Source of the DNA: Candidatus Cryptobacteroides sp.
Lineage (GTDB): Bacteria > Bacteroidota > Bacteroidia > Bacteroidales > UBA932
NCBI GenBank assembly: GCA_051878295.1
Contig: JBJEJV010000043.1
Span: forward strand, 10,022-74,021
Direction: 5' to 3'
Length of the DNA: 64,000 nt
The notes under the pieces: generated by a model
Database searches by the model: none
Told to the model about the DNA's origin: nothing
The model's input: the letters and a program-made list of their open reading frames with translations, nothing else
Part shown: positions 18,956 through 28,796 of the stretch, piece by piece
Layout: every line of letters starts with the position of its first letter
Position numbering within the stretch: the stretch's first letter is position 1
Position numbers and translations under genes: made by a program

Positions 18956-19810
18956 ATGGAGAAGGGGACAGCGGGACGCGCCGCGATAATGGGAATCGTC
19001 AACCTGACCGACGATTCGTTCTACCCGGGCAGCCGCTGCCTGGGAGAGGGAGGCAGCTTCGACGAGGAAGCCTTCCGGACAAGGCTCAGGAATATGGTGG
19101 AAGAGGGTGCGGACATCCTTGACCTGGGCGCCTGCTCCACAAGACCGGGCTCGCGTGCGGTCAGCGGAGAAGAAGAGTGGGCAAGGCTGAAGCCGGGTCT
19201 GCTCGCCGCCGCCGGAGAATGTCCCGGAGCCAGGCTTTCCATCGACACCTTCCGCCCGGAGATAGTCAGGAAGGCCTACGACCTCGTCGGCCCCTTCATT
19301 GTGAACGACGTCAGCGGCGGATGCGGGGATATGTGGTCCCTCGTCGGGGAGCTCGGACTTGAATATGTCGCGATGCACACCAGAGGCACTCCCGAGAACA
19401 TGCAGCAGCTCACCGACTACGACGACGTCACCCTCGAAGTCCTGCGTTTCTTCGACGGAATCGCCGCGACCGCAGAACGCCACGGAGTCACAGAGTGGAT
19501 TCTCGACCCGGGATTCGGCTTTGCGAAGACGGTGGAACAGAACTGGGCGCTGCTCAGGGAAATGGGAGCATTCCGGAGATTCGGGAAGAAGATTCTTGCG
19601 GGGCTTTCAAGGAAGAGCTTTCTCTACAGGCCGCTCGGCATCACTCCGGATGAAGCCCTGACCGCCACGCAGATTGCCGATTTCGTCGCCCTCCGGGAAG
19701 GTGCGGACATCCTCAGGGTCCACGATGTCGCGGAGGCATCACGGACAATCACTCTCTTCTCTCTCTACAGGGATTCCTCCGGAAGCGGCACTTCTCAGAA
19801 ACCGGTGTAG
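18956..19810 (+). CDS. folP: Dihydropteroate synthase
   Basis: MGIVNLTDDSF, DLGACSTRPG, SIDTF, NDVSG, LDPGFGFAK, GLSRKS, LRVHDV. Confidence 0.96.
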   Translation: MEKGTAGRAAIMGIVNLTDDSFYPGSRCLGEGGSFDEEAFRTRLRNMVEEGADILDLGACSTRPGSRAVSGEEEWARLKPGLLAAAGECPGARLSIDTFRPEIVRKAYDLVGPFIVNDVSGGCGDMWSLVGELGLEYVAMHTRGTPENMQQLTDYDDVTLEVLRFFDGIAATAERHGVTEWILDPGFGFAKTVEQNWALLREMGAFRRFGKKILAGLSRKSFLYRPLGITPDEALTATQIADFVALREGADILRVHDVAEASRTITLFSLYRDSSGSGTSQKPV

Positions 19811-21165
19811 TTCCACGGGGTTACGGAACGCAGTTCCTGCTTGACTTCCTCTGAAACATCCAGACTTTCGACAAACCTGGCGATGGTGTCCTCATCGATG
19901 GCGGCGCCGGTCCGGGTGAGGTTCTTCAGCGTCTCGTAAGGATTCGGATAGTTCTCCCGCCTGAGTATGGTCTGCAGAGCCTCGGCCACGACCGCCCAGT
20001 TGCGGTGCAGGTCTGCGTCTATGGCCTCACTGTTGAGGATGAGCTTGCCGAGACCTTTCTTGAGCGAGGCGAAGGAAATCAGGCAGTGGGCCACAGGAAC
20101 GCCGATGTTCCTCTGGACCGTGGAGTCCGTAAGGTCGCGCTGGAGCCTGGAAACCGGAAGTTTCATCGAAAGGAAGGTCAGGACGGCGTTTGCGATTCCG
20201 AGATTCCCCTCGGCATTCTCGAAGTCGATAGGGTTGACCTTGTGCGGCATCGCCGAGGAGCCGACTTCGTTCTTGGTGACCTTCTGGCGGAAATATTCCA
20301 TCGAAATGTAAGTCCACAGGTCCCGGCAGAGGTCGATGAGCACGGTGTTTATCCTGCGCATGCAGTCGAAGATTGCCGCGAGGTTGTCGTAATGCTCTAT
20401 CTGGGTGGTCGGGAAGGACCTCTTGAGCCCCAGCGAGGCGACGAAGGAATCGGCGAAGGAAGGCCAGTCGATGTCCGGATAGGCGATTTTGTGGGCGTTC
20501 ATGTTGCCGGTGGCCCCTCCGAACTTGGCGGGATAGGTCAGGAGTCCGAACTGGCGTATCTGCTCCTCCAGGCGGACGGCGAACACCTCTATCTCCTTTC
20601 CGAGCCTGGTCGGCGTGGCGGGCTGGCCGTGGGTCTTGGCGAGCATAGTCACATCCTTCCACTCGAGGGCGTCGGCCCTGAGGATGGAGAGGATTTCGAG
20701 GAGTCCGGGCATATATTCATTCTCGACAGCCTCCTTGAGCATCATCGGCTGGGCGGTGTTGTTGATGTCCTGGGAAGTCAGGCCGAAATGCACGAATTCC
20801 TGCCAGGCGGAGATTCCCAGGGCCTTGAAATGCTCCTTGATGAAATACTCGACAGCCTTGACGTCGTGGTTGGTGACCTTCTCTATTTCCTTGACGCGTC
20901 CGGCCTCCTCGGGAGTCAGATTCCTGTAGATGTCACGGAGCTTCGCAAAGAGCTCGTCAGCGGACATCCCCGTCCCCTCCCCGAAATCAGCGAGCTGCGG
21001 AAGAGGAATCCGGCACAATGCGATGAAATATTCTATCTCGACCTTGATTCTGTTGCGGATGAGGGCATATTCGCTGAAATATTCCCTGAGCGGGGCAGTC
21101 TTGGAAGCATAGCGCCCGTCAATCGGGGAAACCGCCGTCAAAGAGTTGAAGTCCATATCTGTCAT
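19795..21165 (-). CDS. purB: Adenylosuccinate lyase
   Basis: SPIDGRY, TNHDVKAVEY, HFGLTSQD, GSSAMPHKVNPIDFEN, RLQRDLTDST. Confidence 0.98.
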   Translation of the reverse strand: MTDMDFNSLTAVSPIDGRYASKTAPLREYFSEYALIRNRIKVEIEYFIALCRIPLPQLADFGEGTGMSADELFAKLRDIYRNLTPEEAGRVKEIEKVTNHDVKAVEYFIKEHFKALGISAWQEFVHFGLTSQDINNTAQPMMLKEAVENEYMPGLLEILSILRADALEWKDVTMLAKTHGQPATPTRLGKEIEVFAVRLEEQIRQFGLLTYPAKFGGATGNMNAHKIAYPDIDWPSFADSFVASLGLKRSFPTTQIEHYDNLAAIFDCMRRINTVLIDLCRDLWTYISMEYFRQKVTKNEVGSSAMPHKVNPIDFENAEGNLGIANAVLTFLSMKLPVSRLQRDLTDSTVQRNIGVPVAHCLISFASLKKGLGKLILNSEAIDADLHRNWAVVAEALQTILRRENYPNPYETLKNLTRTGAAIDEDTIARFVESLDVSEEVKQELRSVTPWNYTGF

Positions 21166-21494
21166 TTCTTTTCTTCTATCACGAAAACGTCATCCCCGGG
21201 CTCGGCGAAAAGGAAAGTCTCGCGGGCGAAACGCTCGAGCGAATCCTTGCTGGAAGTCAGGGAGCGGATGCGTCCGTCCATCTCCTCTATTTCCCGGGTG
21301 TACTGCTCGATCTGCTTCTCCTGCCTGCGGATTTCAAAGCCGGCCTTGACCCAGCGGACGATGTTGTTCTGGTTGAAAAAGCCCAGGAAGAGGATGAATG
21401 CGGCGGTTATCACGACCGCATAACGGATGAAAGAACGCTGCTGGGCATTCTTTCCGTCCCTGTCTCGGTTCCAGATGTCTTTGAAATTTTCCAA
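21162..21494 (-). CDS. Septum formation initiator (FtsB/DivIC family)
   Basis: Single TM plus coiled coil ending LERFARETFLFAEPGDDVF; TTG start at 21494 chosen because a TAATTTTG promoter lies at 21524-21531; overlaps purB start by 4 nt. Confidence 0.8.
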   Translation of the reverse strand: MENFKDIWNRDRDGKNAQQRSFIRYAVVITAAFILFLGFFNQNNIVRWVKAGFEIRRQEKQIEQYTREIEEMDGRIRSLTSSKDSLERFARETFLFAEPGDDVFVIEEKK

Positions 21495-21523
21495 TTTGCG
21501 GAATATCGGGAAGATTGTTTCTG

Positions 21524-21540
21524 CAAAATTACTATTTTTG
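21524..21540. promoter_or_regulatory. Back-to-back divergent -7 elements (ftsB-purB on minus; nucleotidyltransferase on plus)
   Basis: TAATTTTG (minus, 21524-21531) and TATTTTTG (plus, 21533-21540). Confidence 0.55.
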
Positions 21541-21573
21541 TCAAAATACTCAAAAGCAAACATACATTATATC

Positions 21574-22509
21574 ATGAAACCTACTCTTCTTGTTCTCGCA
21601 GCCGGAATGGGCAGCCGTTATGGCGGCCTCAAGCAGATGGACGGACTCGGTCCGAACGGTGAGACCATCATCGACTATTCGATTTACGACGCTGTCGCCG
21701 CCGGCTTCGGCAAAGTGGTTTATATCGTAAGAAACGCCTTCCTGGATGTCTTCAAGGAGACTGTCAGGAAGAAATATTCAGGCATCACCTGCCCTGACGG
21801 CGCTCCCCTGGAGTTCGAGTTCGTCACCCAGGAGCTTGACAAGATACCCGCAAGATTCACCCTCAACCCGGAAAGGCAGAAGCCGTGGGGCACCGCCCAC
21901 GCCGTCCTGATGGCGAAGGATGTCATCAAGGAGCCTTTCGCAGTCATCAACGGGGACGACTACTACGGCAGGAGCTCTTTCAGGATTCTCGCGGACTGGC
22001 TCAATGCCCACAGCGACACCAAGGGCAGCTGCGCAATCGTAGGCTTCGAGCTTGACAACACCCTCTCCGAGAACGGCACCGTCTCCAGGGGAATATGCTC
22101 CTACGACAGCGGAATGAAGCTCTCCGGCATCACCGAATGCGTCAACATCGGCAAGGAGAAGGACGGCAGAATCTACGGCGACAACACCGTCACGGGCGAA
22201 ACCCGCGTGCCGATTGAAGGGACGAACCTCTGCTCAATGAATATGTGGGGCTTCACCCCGGACTACTTCGAGCAAAGCGGCAGAATCTTCGAGGAATTCC
22301 TCGAGGCCAACATCAATGAACTGAAGAAGGAGTTCTACATCCCGTTCGCCGTCGATACCCTCATCAACCGTGAAGGCTACAGCTGCGAAGTGCTCTCGAC
22401 CGACTCGCACTGGTTCGGAGTCACCTTCAAGGAAGACCGTCCGGGAGTGGTCGGGAAGTTCGCCGCTCTCGTCAGGGAGGGAGTCTATCCTACGCCGCTC
22501 TGGAAATAG
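21574..22509 (+). CDS. Sugar-phosphate nucleotidyltransferase family protein
   Basis: LVLAAGMGSRYGGLKQ, KPWGTAHA, VINGDDYYG, SMNMWGF, WFGVT. Confidence 0.9.
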   Translation: MKPTLLVLAAGMGSRYGGLKQMDGLGPNGETIIDYSIYDAVAAGFGKVVYIVRNAFLDVFKETVRKKYSGITCPDGAPLEFEFVTQELDKIPARFTLNPERQKPWGTAHAVLMAKDVIKEPFAVINGDDYYGRSSFRILADWLNAHSDTKGSCAIVGFELDNTLSENGTVSRGICSYDSGMKLSGITECVNIGKEKDGRIYGDNTVTGETRVPIEGTNLCSMNMWGFTPDYFEQSGRIFEEFLEANINELKKEFYIPFAVDTLINREGYSCEVLSTDSHWFGVTFKEDRPGVVGKFAALVREGVYPTPLWK

Positions 22510-22521
22510 GAGGAGGACGGA

Positions 22522-23469
22522 ATGGGTTTCTTCAATCCTCGCAAAGTGGAGAAGAGCTTCGACATCATCGGAGCCTTCTCGTGGTACACCCCGGGCATCT
22601 CCGGCCTGTTCTCCGTCCTCGGATGGTTCCTCGTCGGGATGCTGCTGTCGATGTTAATAGCCGTTCCGCTTACCCTGTCGGGAATGCAGATGTGCTATCT
22701 GATGCTGATAATCTATCCGCTGCAGTTCATGCCCGTACTGATTTACGCAAAGGTCAAGAGTTCGCGCAACGCCACTTTCGACCGAGGCTACAGGCTTGAC
22801 AGCAACCACTTCGGTTCCAAAGGCGGACTGGTGACCGGGCTTCTCGCCGCCGTGGCGATGATAGCCGCATCGATGATGCTGGAACTGGTCAACAGTTTCC
22901 TGCCGGAAATGTCCGAACAGCTGAAATCCACGATGGAGATGATGACGGGAGGACCCCTGATTCCGAGCCTGGTCTGCGTGGGGATTTTCGCGCCGCTGTT
23001 TGAAGAATGGATGTGCAGGGGCATAGTCCTCAGGGGACTGCTCAACTACAACAGGGTGAGACCCGGCAAGGAACAGAACGGCAAGGGCATTTCGCCGGCC
23101 CTGGCGATTGTCATCTCCGCCCTCTTCTTCGCCGCCATCCACGGCAACCTCTGGCAGGGCGTTTCAGCCTTCCTTATCGGCTGCCTCTTCGGCTACGTCT
23201 ATTACCGCACCGGCTCGCTCAAGCTCACGATGCTGATGCACTGCGTCAACAACACCTTCAGCGTCCTGCTCGCCCATTTCGGCAGCGAGGCCATCAAGGA
23301 AGCCGATACCATTCTCGACGTCCTGCCCGGTTGGGAATATGCAGTGGTCTTCGCCGTCAGCGCCCTTGTGGTCTGGTACTTCATCAGGACCCTCTCAAGG
23401 ATTGCCGCCGTCAATCCCAACGGCAACAACTGCGACATCATTCCGAGCCCGGAGGACGAACTCGCCTGA
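22522..23469 (+). CDS. CPBP-family intramembrane glutamic endopeptidase (CAAX protease/Abi)
   Basis: Multiple TMs; PLFEEWMCRG, FAAIHGN, HCVNN motifs. Confidence 0.9.
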   Translation: MGFFNPRKVEKSFDIIGAFSWYTPGISGLFSVLGWFLVGMLLSMLIAVPLTLSGMQMCYLMLIIYPLQFMPVLIYAKVKSSRNATFDRGYRLDSNHFGSKGGLVTGLLAAVAMIAASMMLELVNSFLPEMSEQLKSTMEMMTGGPLIPSLVCVGIFAPLFEEWMCRGIVLRGLLNYNRVRPGKEQNGKGISPALAIVISALFFAAIHGNLWQGVSAFLIGCLFGYVYYRTGSLKLTMLMHCVNNTFSVLLAHFGSEAIKEADTILDVLPGWEYAVVFAVSALVVWYFIRTLSRIAAVNPNGNNCDIIPSPEDELA

Positions 23470-23481
23470 AGGGAATGACTC

Positions 23482-24414
23482 CTACACGAATTTCCTGAAA
23501 TATTCAATCGTCCTCGCCAGGCCGTCTTCCAGACTGACCTCCGGCTTCCAGCCGAGCTTTTCTCCGGCGAGGCTGATGTCCGGCTTCCGCTGTTTCGGGT
23601 CGTCGCCCGGGAGCGGCCGGAAGACTATTCCCGAATGCGAACCCGTCAGCCTGATGACAAGCTCGGCGAGAGAGAGCATCGTGTGCTCGACCGGGCAGCC
23701 GAGATTGACCGGACCGGTGAATGACTCGTCGGAGTCCATCATCCGCTCCATTCCCTCGAGCAGATCGTCCACATACTGGAAACTGCGAGTCTGTGAACCG
23801 TCGCCATAGACGGTGATGTCCTCGCCGCGGAGGGCCTGCATAATGAAGTTGCTGACCACCCGGCCGTCAGAGGGGTGCATCCCGGGGCCGTAGGTGTTGA
23901 AAATCCTGATTATCTTCGTCCGGACATTGAACTGGCGGTGATAGTCCATGAAAAGGGTCTCGGCGCATCTCTTCCCCTCGTCGTAGCAACTGCGGATTCC
24001 GACAGGATTGACATTGCCCCAGTAGGATTCCTCCTGCGGATGGACGGCCGGGTCCCCGTAGATTTCGCTGGTCGATGCCTGGAGAATCCGGGCCCCTGTC
24101 TTCGCGGCCAGTTCGAGGGCGTTGATCGCTCCCAGGACGGAGGTCCTGACGGTCCGGGTCGGATTGGACTGATAGGCCGGAGGAGAAGCCGGGCAGGCCA
24201 GGTTGTAAATCAGGTCAACTTCCGCCCGGAAAGGCTCGGTCACGTCGTGGCGGAACAGTTCGAAATGGCTGTTGCCCACCAGGTGGCGGATGTTGTCCTT
24301 GCTGCCGGTAAAGAAATTGTCCAGACAGATTACATCGTGCCCTTCCAGCAGGAGACGTTCGCAAAGGTTGGAACCGATGAAGCCGGCCCCTCCGGTTACC
24401 AGGATTCTGCTCAT
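23482..24414 (-). CDS. UDP-glucuronate decarboxylase (UDP-xylose synthase-like SDR)
   Basis: [54 protein letters not shown]. Confidence 0.93.
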   Translation of the reverse strand: MSRILVTGGAGFIGSNLCERLLLEGHDVICLDNFFTGSKDNIRHLVGNSHFELFRHDVTEPFRAEVDLIYNLACPASPPAYQSNPTRTVRTSVLGAINALELAAKTGARILQASTSEIYGDPAVHPQEESYWGNVNPVGIRSCYDEGKRCAETLFMDYHRQFNVRTKIIRIFNTYGPGMHPSDGRVVSNFIMQALRGEDITVYGDGSQTRSFQYVDDLLEGMERMMDSDESFTGPVNLGCPVEHTMLSLAELVIRLTGSHSGIVFRPLPGDDPKQRKPDISLAGEKLGWKPEVSLEDGLARTIEYFRKFV

Positions 24415-24445
24415 AACGCGCTTGTGAAATGGAATTTGGTCGGAG

Positions 24446-24453
24446 CAAAGTTA
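24446..24453 (-). promoter_or_regulatory. -7 promoter element for UDP-glucuronate decarboxylase
   Basis: TAACTTTG on minus strand. Confidence 0.6.
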
Positions 24454-24557
24454 GTTTTTTGCATCGGTTTGTCAAGATGACCCGGACCGAATTTGACAAT
24501 CTTTGAGGAATCGGCACAATTTTGCGACAATTAATTTGTTAATCGCAAATAAATGAT

Positions 24558-24565
24558 TAAATTTG
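24558..24565 (+). promoter_or_regulatory. -7 promoter element for rpsO-pnp
   Basis: TAAATTTG followed by CAG. Confidence 0.65.
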
Positions 24566-24623
24566 CAGGCTTTCTGCAAGTAGCGGAAAGGTATTTTATT
24601 AACAATAACAGATTTTTTGCGAA

Positions 24624-24899
24624 ATGGCAGAGTATTTAATGGCCGACAAGAAGCAAGAGATTTTCGCAAAGTACGGGAAGTCTAATACAGACACCGGCTC
24701 GCCAGAGAGTCAAGTTGCTTTATTTTCCTACCGTATCAACCATCTTACCGAACACCTGAAGAACAACAAGAAGGACACCGTTACCCGTCGTTCCCTTCTT
24801 CGTCTTGTAGGTAAGAGACGTTCAGTTCTGGACTATCTCCAGAAGACTGACATCGAGAGATACAGAAAGATTGTCAAGGAGCTCGGTCTCCGTCGATAA
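24624..24899 (+). CDS. rpsO: 30S ribosomal protein S15
   Basis: [37 protein letters not shown]. Confidence 0.99.
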   Translation: MAEYLMADKKQEIFAKYGKSNTDTGSPESQVALFSYRINHLTEHLKNNKKDTVTRRSLLRLVGKRRSVLDYLQKTDIERYRKIVKELGLRR

Positions 24900-24918
24900 T
24901 CCAGCTATAGGAAAAAAT

Positions 24919-24958
24919 GAAGGGGATGGCTGTGACAGAGTTGCGGCCCTCCCTTTTT
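24919..24958 (+). terminator. Long stem-loop with T-tract between rpsO and pnp (terminator / processing site)
   Basis: GGCTGTGAC/aga/GTTGCGGCC 9-bp stem (with G-U pairs) extended by AAGGGGA/TCCCTT, then TTTTCGTTT. Confidence 0.55.
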
Positions 24959-24996
24959 CGTTTGAACGAAGATTAAGACGTTATAGAAAAACAGTA

Positions 24997-27354
24997 ATGA
25001 ACATTATCAACAAGAAAATCGAATTATCCGACGGAAGGATAATCGAAATCGAGACCGGAAAGCTTGCAAAGCAGGCTGACGGCTCCGCTGTCGTCAGGAT
25101 GGGCAACACTATGCTTCTTGCCACAGTCTGCGCAGCCAAAGAGGTCAAGGAAGGCACCGATTTCATGCCGCTCACAGTTGACTACAAGGAAAAATTCTAC
25201 TCTGCCGGACGTTTCCCGGGAGGTTTTATGAAGAGGGAAGGCAAGTCTTCCGATTACGAGATTCTCATCTCCCGCCTCATCGACCGCCCTATCAGGCCTC
25301 TCTGGCCTGAGGATTTCCACCTCGAGGTATTCGTCAATGTAACCCTCATCTCAGCAGACAAGGACATCCAGCCAGACGCGCTTGCAGGACTTGCAGCCTC
25401 CTGCGCCCTCGCCACTTCAGACCTGCCTTTCGGAGGTCCGATTTCAGAAGTCAGGGTCTGCAGGATTGACGGCGAGTACTGCATCAACCCTACCTTCAGC
25501 GAAATGGAGAATGCAGACCTCGAACTTATGGTCGCAGCAACCGAAGAGAACATCATGATGGTTGAAGGCGAGATGAAGGAGGTCAGCGAGGAAGTGATGC
25601 TCGGCGCCATCAAGTTCGCCCACGAAGAAATCAAGAAGCACTGCCGTGTCCAGAAGGAACTTATGGCCGAACTCGGTACCGACCAGAACAAGAGGGACTA
25701 TCCGCACGATGAAGAGGACGAGGACCTGAAGCAGAAGATTCACGATTTCTGCTACGACAAGTGCTACGCGCTGGCCAAGTCCGCAAAACCGAAGCACCAG
25801 AGGGAAGAAGGCTTTGAGGCCATCAAGAACGAGTGCATCGAATCCCTCGGCCTTACCGACGAAGAGAAGGAAGCCAAGAAGATGATGATAAGCCGCTACT
25901 TCGGCAACGACCAGAGGGATGCCCTGCGCAACCTTCTCCTTGACGAAGGGCTCCGCGTTGACGGAAGAAAGACTACCGAGGTCCGTCCTATCTGGTGCGA
26001 GACCGACTGCCTGCCTTGCGCACACGGTTCAGCCATTTTCACCCGTGGAGAGACCCAGGCCCTCGCTTCAGTCACCCTCGGAACCAAGATGGACATGAAG
26101 CAGACCGACGAGGTACTCATCCAGGACAACCAGCAGTTCGTCCTCCACTACAACTTCCCTCCTTTCGCAACCGGCGACGCAAAGCCGCAGAGAGGAGTGG
26201 GCCGTCGTGAAATCGGCCACGGAAACCTCGCCTTCAGGGCTCTCAAGGCTGTAATGCCGAAGGCTCCTGAATTCCCTTACGCAGTCCGCGTCGTTTCCGA
26301 CATCCTCGAATCCAACGGTTCGTCATCACAGGCTTCAATCTGCGGCGGCTGCCTCGCGCTTATGGACGCCGGCGTACAGATCAGCAAGCCGGTGGCCGGT
26401 GTCGCAATGGGACTCATCACCGACGAGAAGAATCCTAACGGCCGCTACGCCATCCTCACCGACATCCTCGGGGACGAGGACCACCTCGGAGATATGGACT
26501 TCAAGGTCGCAGGTACGAAGGACGGCATCACCGCCACCCAGATGGACATCAAGGTGGACGGCCTCTCATACGATGTTCTCGCCAAGGCACTCCAGCAGGC
26601 CAAGGAAGGCAGGATGCACATTATGGGTGAAATGATGAAGTGCATCGACAAGCCTCGCGAGGACTACAAGCCGTTCGTTCCAAGAATCAAGTCCTTTGAA
26701 ATCGACAAGGAATTCATCGGAGCCGTCATCGGCAAGGGCGGCGAGACCATCCAGAAGATTCAGGCCGAGACCGGAGCTGTCATCACCATCGACGAGGTTG
26801 ACGGCAAGGGTGTCGTTGACATCGCCACCAACGATGCCGAGGCAATGCAGAAGGCCTACGACTGGATTCAGTCCATCTGCGCTGTTCCGGAGGTCGGGGA
26901 AACCTACCACGGCAAGGTCGTCTCAATTCTTGAATTTGGAGCCTTCGTCGAGATTCTTCCGGGCAAGGAAGGCCTTCTCCACGTCTCCGAGATTGCCTGG
27001 ACCAAGACCGAGAAGGTCGAGGATGTCCTTGCAGTAGGACAGGAAGTCGATGTCAAGCTTCTTGAAATCGATGCCAAGACCGGAAAGATGAGGCTTTCAA
27101 TGAGAGCTCTCGCCCCGAAGCCGGAAGGCTATGTGGAGCCTGAGCGCAGGCCTCGCGGAGGTGACCGCGGCGACCGCAGGAACAACGACCGCAGGGGCGA
27201 CCGCGGCGACCGCAGGAACAACGACCGTCACGACGACCGTAGAGGCGAGCGCAGGAACGACCGCCACGACGAGCGCCGCAGCAGTTTCCGCGAGAGGAGG
27301 AATCCTGAGCCGAAGCCGGTTGAAGAGAACACTACCAACGAGGAGTTCTTTTAG
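24997..27354 (+). CDS. pnp: Polyribonucleotide nucleotidyltransferase (PNPase)
   Basis: [58 protein letters not shown]+S1; ATG at 24997. Confidence 0.99.
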   Translation: MNIINKKIELSDGRIIEIETGKLAKQADGSAVVRMGNTMLLATVCAAKEVKEGTDFMPLTVDYKEKFYSAGRFPGGFMKREGKSSDYEILISRLIDRPIRPLWPEDFHLEVFVNVTLISADKDIQPDALAGLAASCALATSDLPFGGPISEVRVCRIDGEYCINPTFSEMENADLELMVAATEENIMMVEGEMKEVSEEVMLGAIKFAHEEIKKHCRVQKELMAELGTDQNKRDYPHDEEDEDLKQKIHDFCYDKCYALAKSAKPKHQREEGFEAIKNECIESLGLTDEEKEAKKMMISRYFGNDQRDALRNLLLDEGLRVDGRKTTEVRPIWCETDCLPCAHGSAIFTRGETQALASVTLGTKMDMKQTDEVLIQDNQQFVLHYNFPPFATGDAKPQRGVGRREIGHGNLAFRALKAVMPKAPEFPYAVRVVSDILESNGSSSQASICGGCLALMDAGVQISKPVAGVAMGLITDEKNPNGRYAILTDILGDEDHLGDMDFKVAGTKDGITATQMDIKVDGLSYDVLAKALQQAKEGRMHIMGEMMKCIDKPREDYKPFVPRIKSFEIDKEFIGAVIGKGGETIQKIQAETGAVITIDEVDGKGVVDIATNDAEAMQKAYDWIQSICAVPEVGETYHGKVVSILEFGAFVEILPGKEGLLHVSEIAWTKTEKVEDVLAVGQEVDVKLLEIDAKTGKMRLSMRALAPKPEGYVEPERRPRGGDRGDRRNNDRRGDRGDRRNNDRHDDRRGERRNDRHDERRSSFRERRNPEPKPVEENTTNEEFF
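27160..27231 (+). repeat. 36-bp tandem duplication in the PNPase C-terminal tail
   Basis: GG(T/C)GACCGCGGCGACCGCAGGAACAACGACCG repeated at period 36, encoding [11 protein letters not shown] twice. Confidence 0.85.
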
Positions 27355-27398
27355 GATTTCCCCGGATGATACGGGAATTGTCTGACGATTCCCCACAT

Positions 27399-27442
27399 AA
27401 AATGGAGGAGGCAGTGCAAGATAATCCTGCCGCCTCCATTTT
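27399..27442 (+). terminator. Intrinsic terminator downstream of pnp
   Basis: AAAATGGAGG-AGGCAG...CTGCC-GCCTCCATTTT inverted repeat followed by T-rich tail. Confidence 0.7.
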
Positions 27443-27501
27443 GTATTCTGTGTTCCGCCGTCCCGGGGCGGCTTACTTGTACAGAATTGACGAAAAAACA
27501 G

Positions 27502-27509
27502 TATATTTG
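27502..27509 (+). promoter_or_regulatory. -7 promoter element for cotH
   Basis: TATATTTG, 4 nt before the ATG. Confidence 0.6.
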
Positions 27510-27513
27510 TAGA

Positions 27514-28788
27514 ATGAACAAATTAACCGCAGCATTGATGACATCGGCCTTGCTGGCCTTCCTCTTCTCCGGATGCAAACCGGAAGAAGCCACCAAGACG
27601 AACGAATACCGCCAGAGTTACGGCATTCCGACAGTTTCGATAGTCACTCAGAACAAGGCCCCCGTCGTCACAAGGGAAGACCATATTCCCTGCACCGTGA
27701 AATTCTTCAAGACAGGATCTTCCGAACCTGAATTCATCTCCGAAGGAATCATCCACACCAGAGGCAACGCCACCGCCAGTTACCCCAAGAAGCCCTACAA
27801 GATCAAGCTCGAGGAAAAGCACAGCATGTGCGGATTCCCGGCCAACAGGGACTGGGTGCTGCTCGCGATGTACTGCGACCATTCCCTTTTGAGGGAGTGC
27901 TATATGTACACTCTCGCCGAGAAAGTGGGGATGCCTTTCACCGTCCGCCACCAGCATGTCAGCGTCAGCCTGAACGGGGAGCAGATGGGTGTCTATCTGC
28001 TCGTGGACCAGGTCGAGAAGGCTGCGGACAGGGTCGTGCTGGACGACGACGGCTTCATCATAGAAAGGGACGGCTACTACAGCAGGGAGCCTCTGTACTT
28101 CATGACTGACAGAGGGACTCCTTTCACCTTCAAGTATCCGGATGCGGACAATGGGAAAATCGTGAACGGAGACCCCGAGTACAACTTCATCAGGAACTTC
28201 ATGACGGAGTTCGAGAACGCCTTGTACGGCAGCGACTACACCAATCCGGAGACGGGCTACCGCAAGTACATCGACGTCCGGACCTGGGCGAAGTGGTATC
28301 TCGTGCAGGAACTGTCCGGCAATATGGACACCAACCACTATTTCATCCTCCGGAACCACAACAGCAAACTCGAAAGAGGACCCGTCTGGGATGCAGAGTG
28401 GAGCTATGGACTCGCGGCTACCGGGCAGAACGGCTGGGCCACTCCGAGCGAAGGCATCAAGCCTGTCGTGAACGGTTCCTACCGCGGGCACTGGCCTTAT
28501 ATGTCGCAGGTCTTCTCCGACCCGTACTTCGTCGGCATAGTCAAGGACGAATGGGCCAAGCTCAAGCCTCAGATGGATGCGGTCCACAAGGAGATGACAG
28601 ACCTCGCGGCCTCGATCCAGACAGCCCAGAACTACAACTTCAAAATCTGGCCTATTCTCAATGAATATACCAGCGTCGGCCTCGTCTATTTCGGAGACTG
28701 GAAGAAGGAGGTTGAATATGTGGACAACTTCCTGACGGAGCACATGGCCTGGTTCGACGAATGGCTCAAGAACAAGCCGAGCATCTGA
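27514..28788 (+). CDS. CotH kinase-family lipoprotein
   Basis: Lipobox FSGC; RGNATASYPKKPYKIKL, WVLLA, YLLVDQVE, GPVWDAEWSYG. Confidence 0.9.
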   Translation: MNKLTAALMTSALLAFLFSGCKPEEATKTNEYRQSYGIPTVSIVTQNKAPVVTREDHIPCTVKFFKTGSSEPEFISEGIIHTRGNATASYPKKPYKIKLEEKHSMCGFPANRDWVLLAMYCDHSLLRECYMYTLAEKVGMPFTVRHQHVSVSLNGEQMGVYLLVDQVEKAADRVVLDDDGFIIERDGYYSREPLYFMTDRGTPFTFKYPDADNGKIVNGDPEYNFIRNFMTEFENALYGSDYTNPETGYRKYIDVRTWAKWYLVQELSGNMDTNHYFILRNHNSKLERGPVWDAEWSYGLAATGQNGWATPSEGIKPVVNGSYRGHWPYMSQVFSDPYFVGIVKDEWAKLKPQMDAVHKEMTDLAASIQTAQNYNFKIWPILNEYTSVGLVYFGDWKKEVEYVDNFLTEHMAWFDEWLKNKPSI

Positions 28789-28796
28789 CGGAATAT

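Noticed and set aside
22522-23469. CPBP/Abi protein as abortive-infection defence
   Set aside because: The Abi name is historical; this is an ordinary CAAX-type protease in a core context with no bacteriocin or defence neighbours
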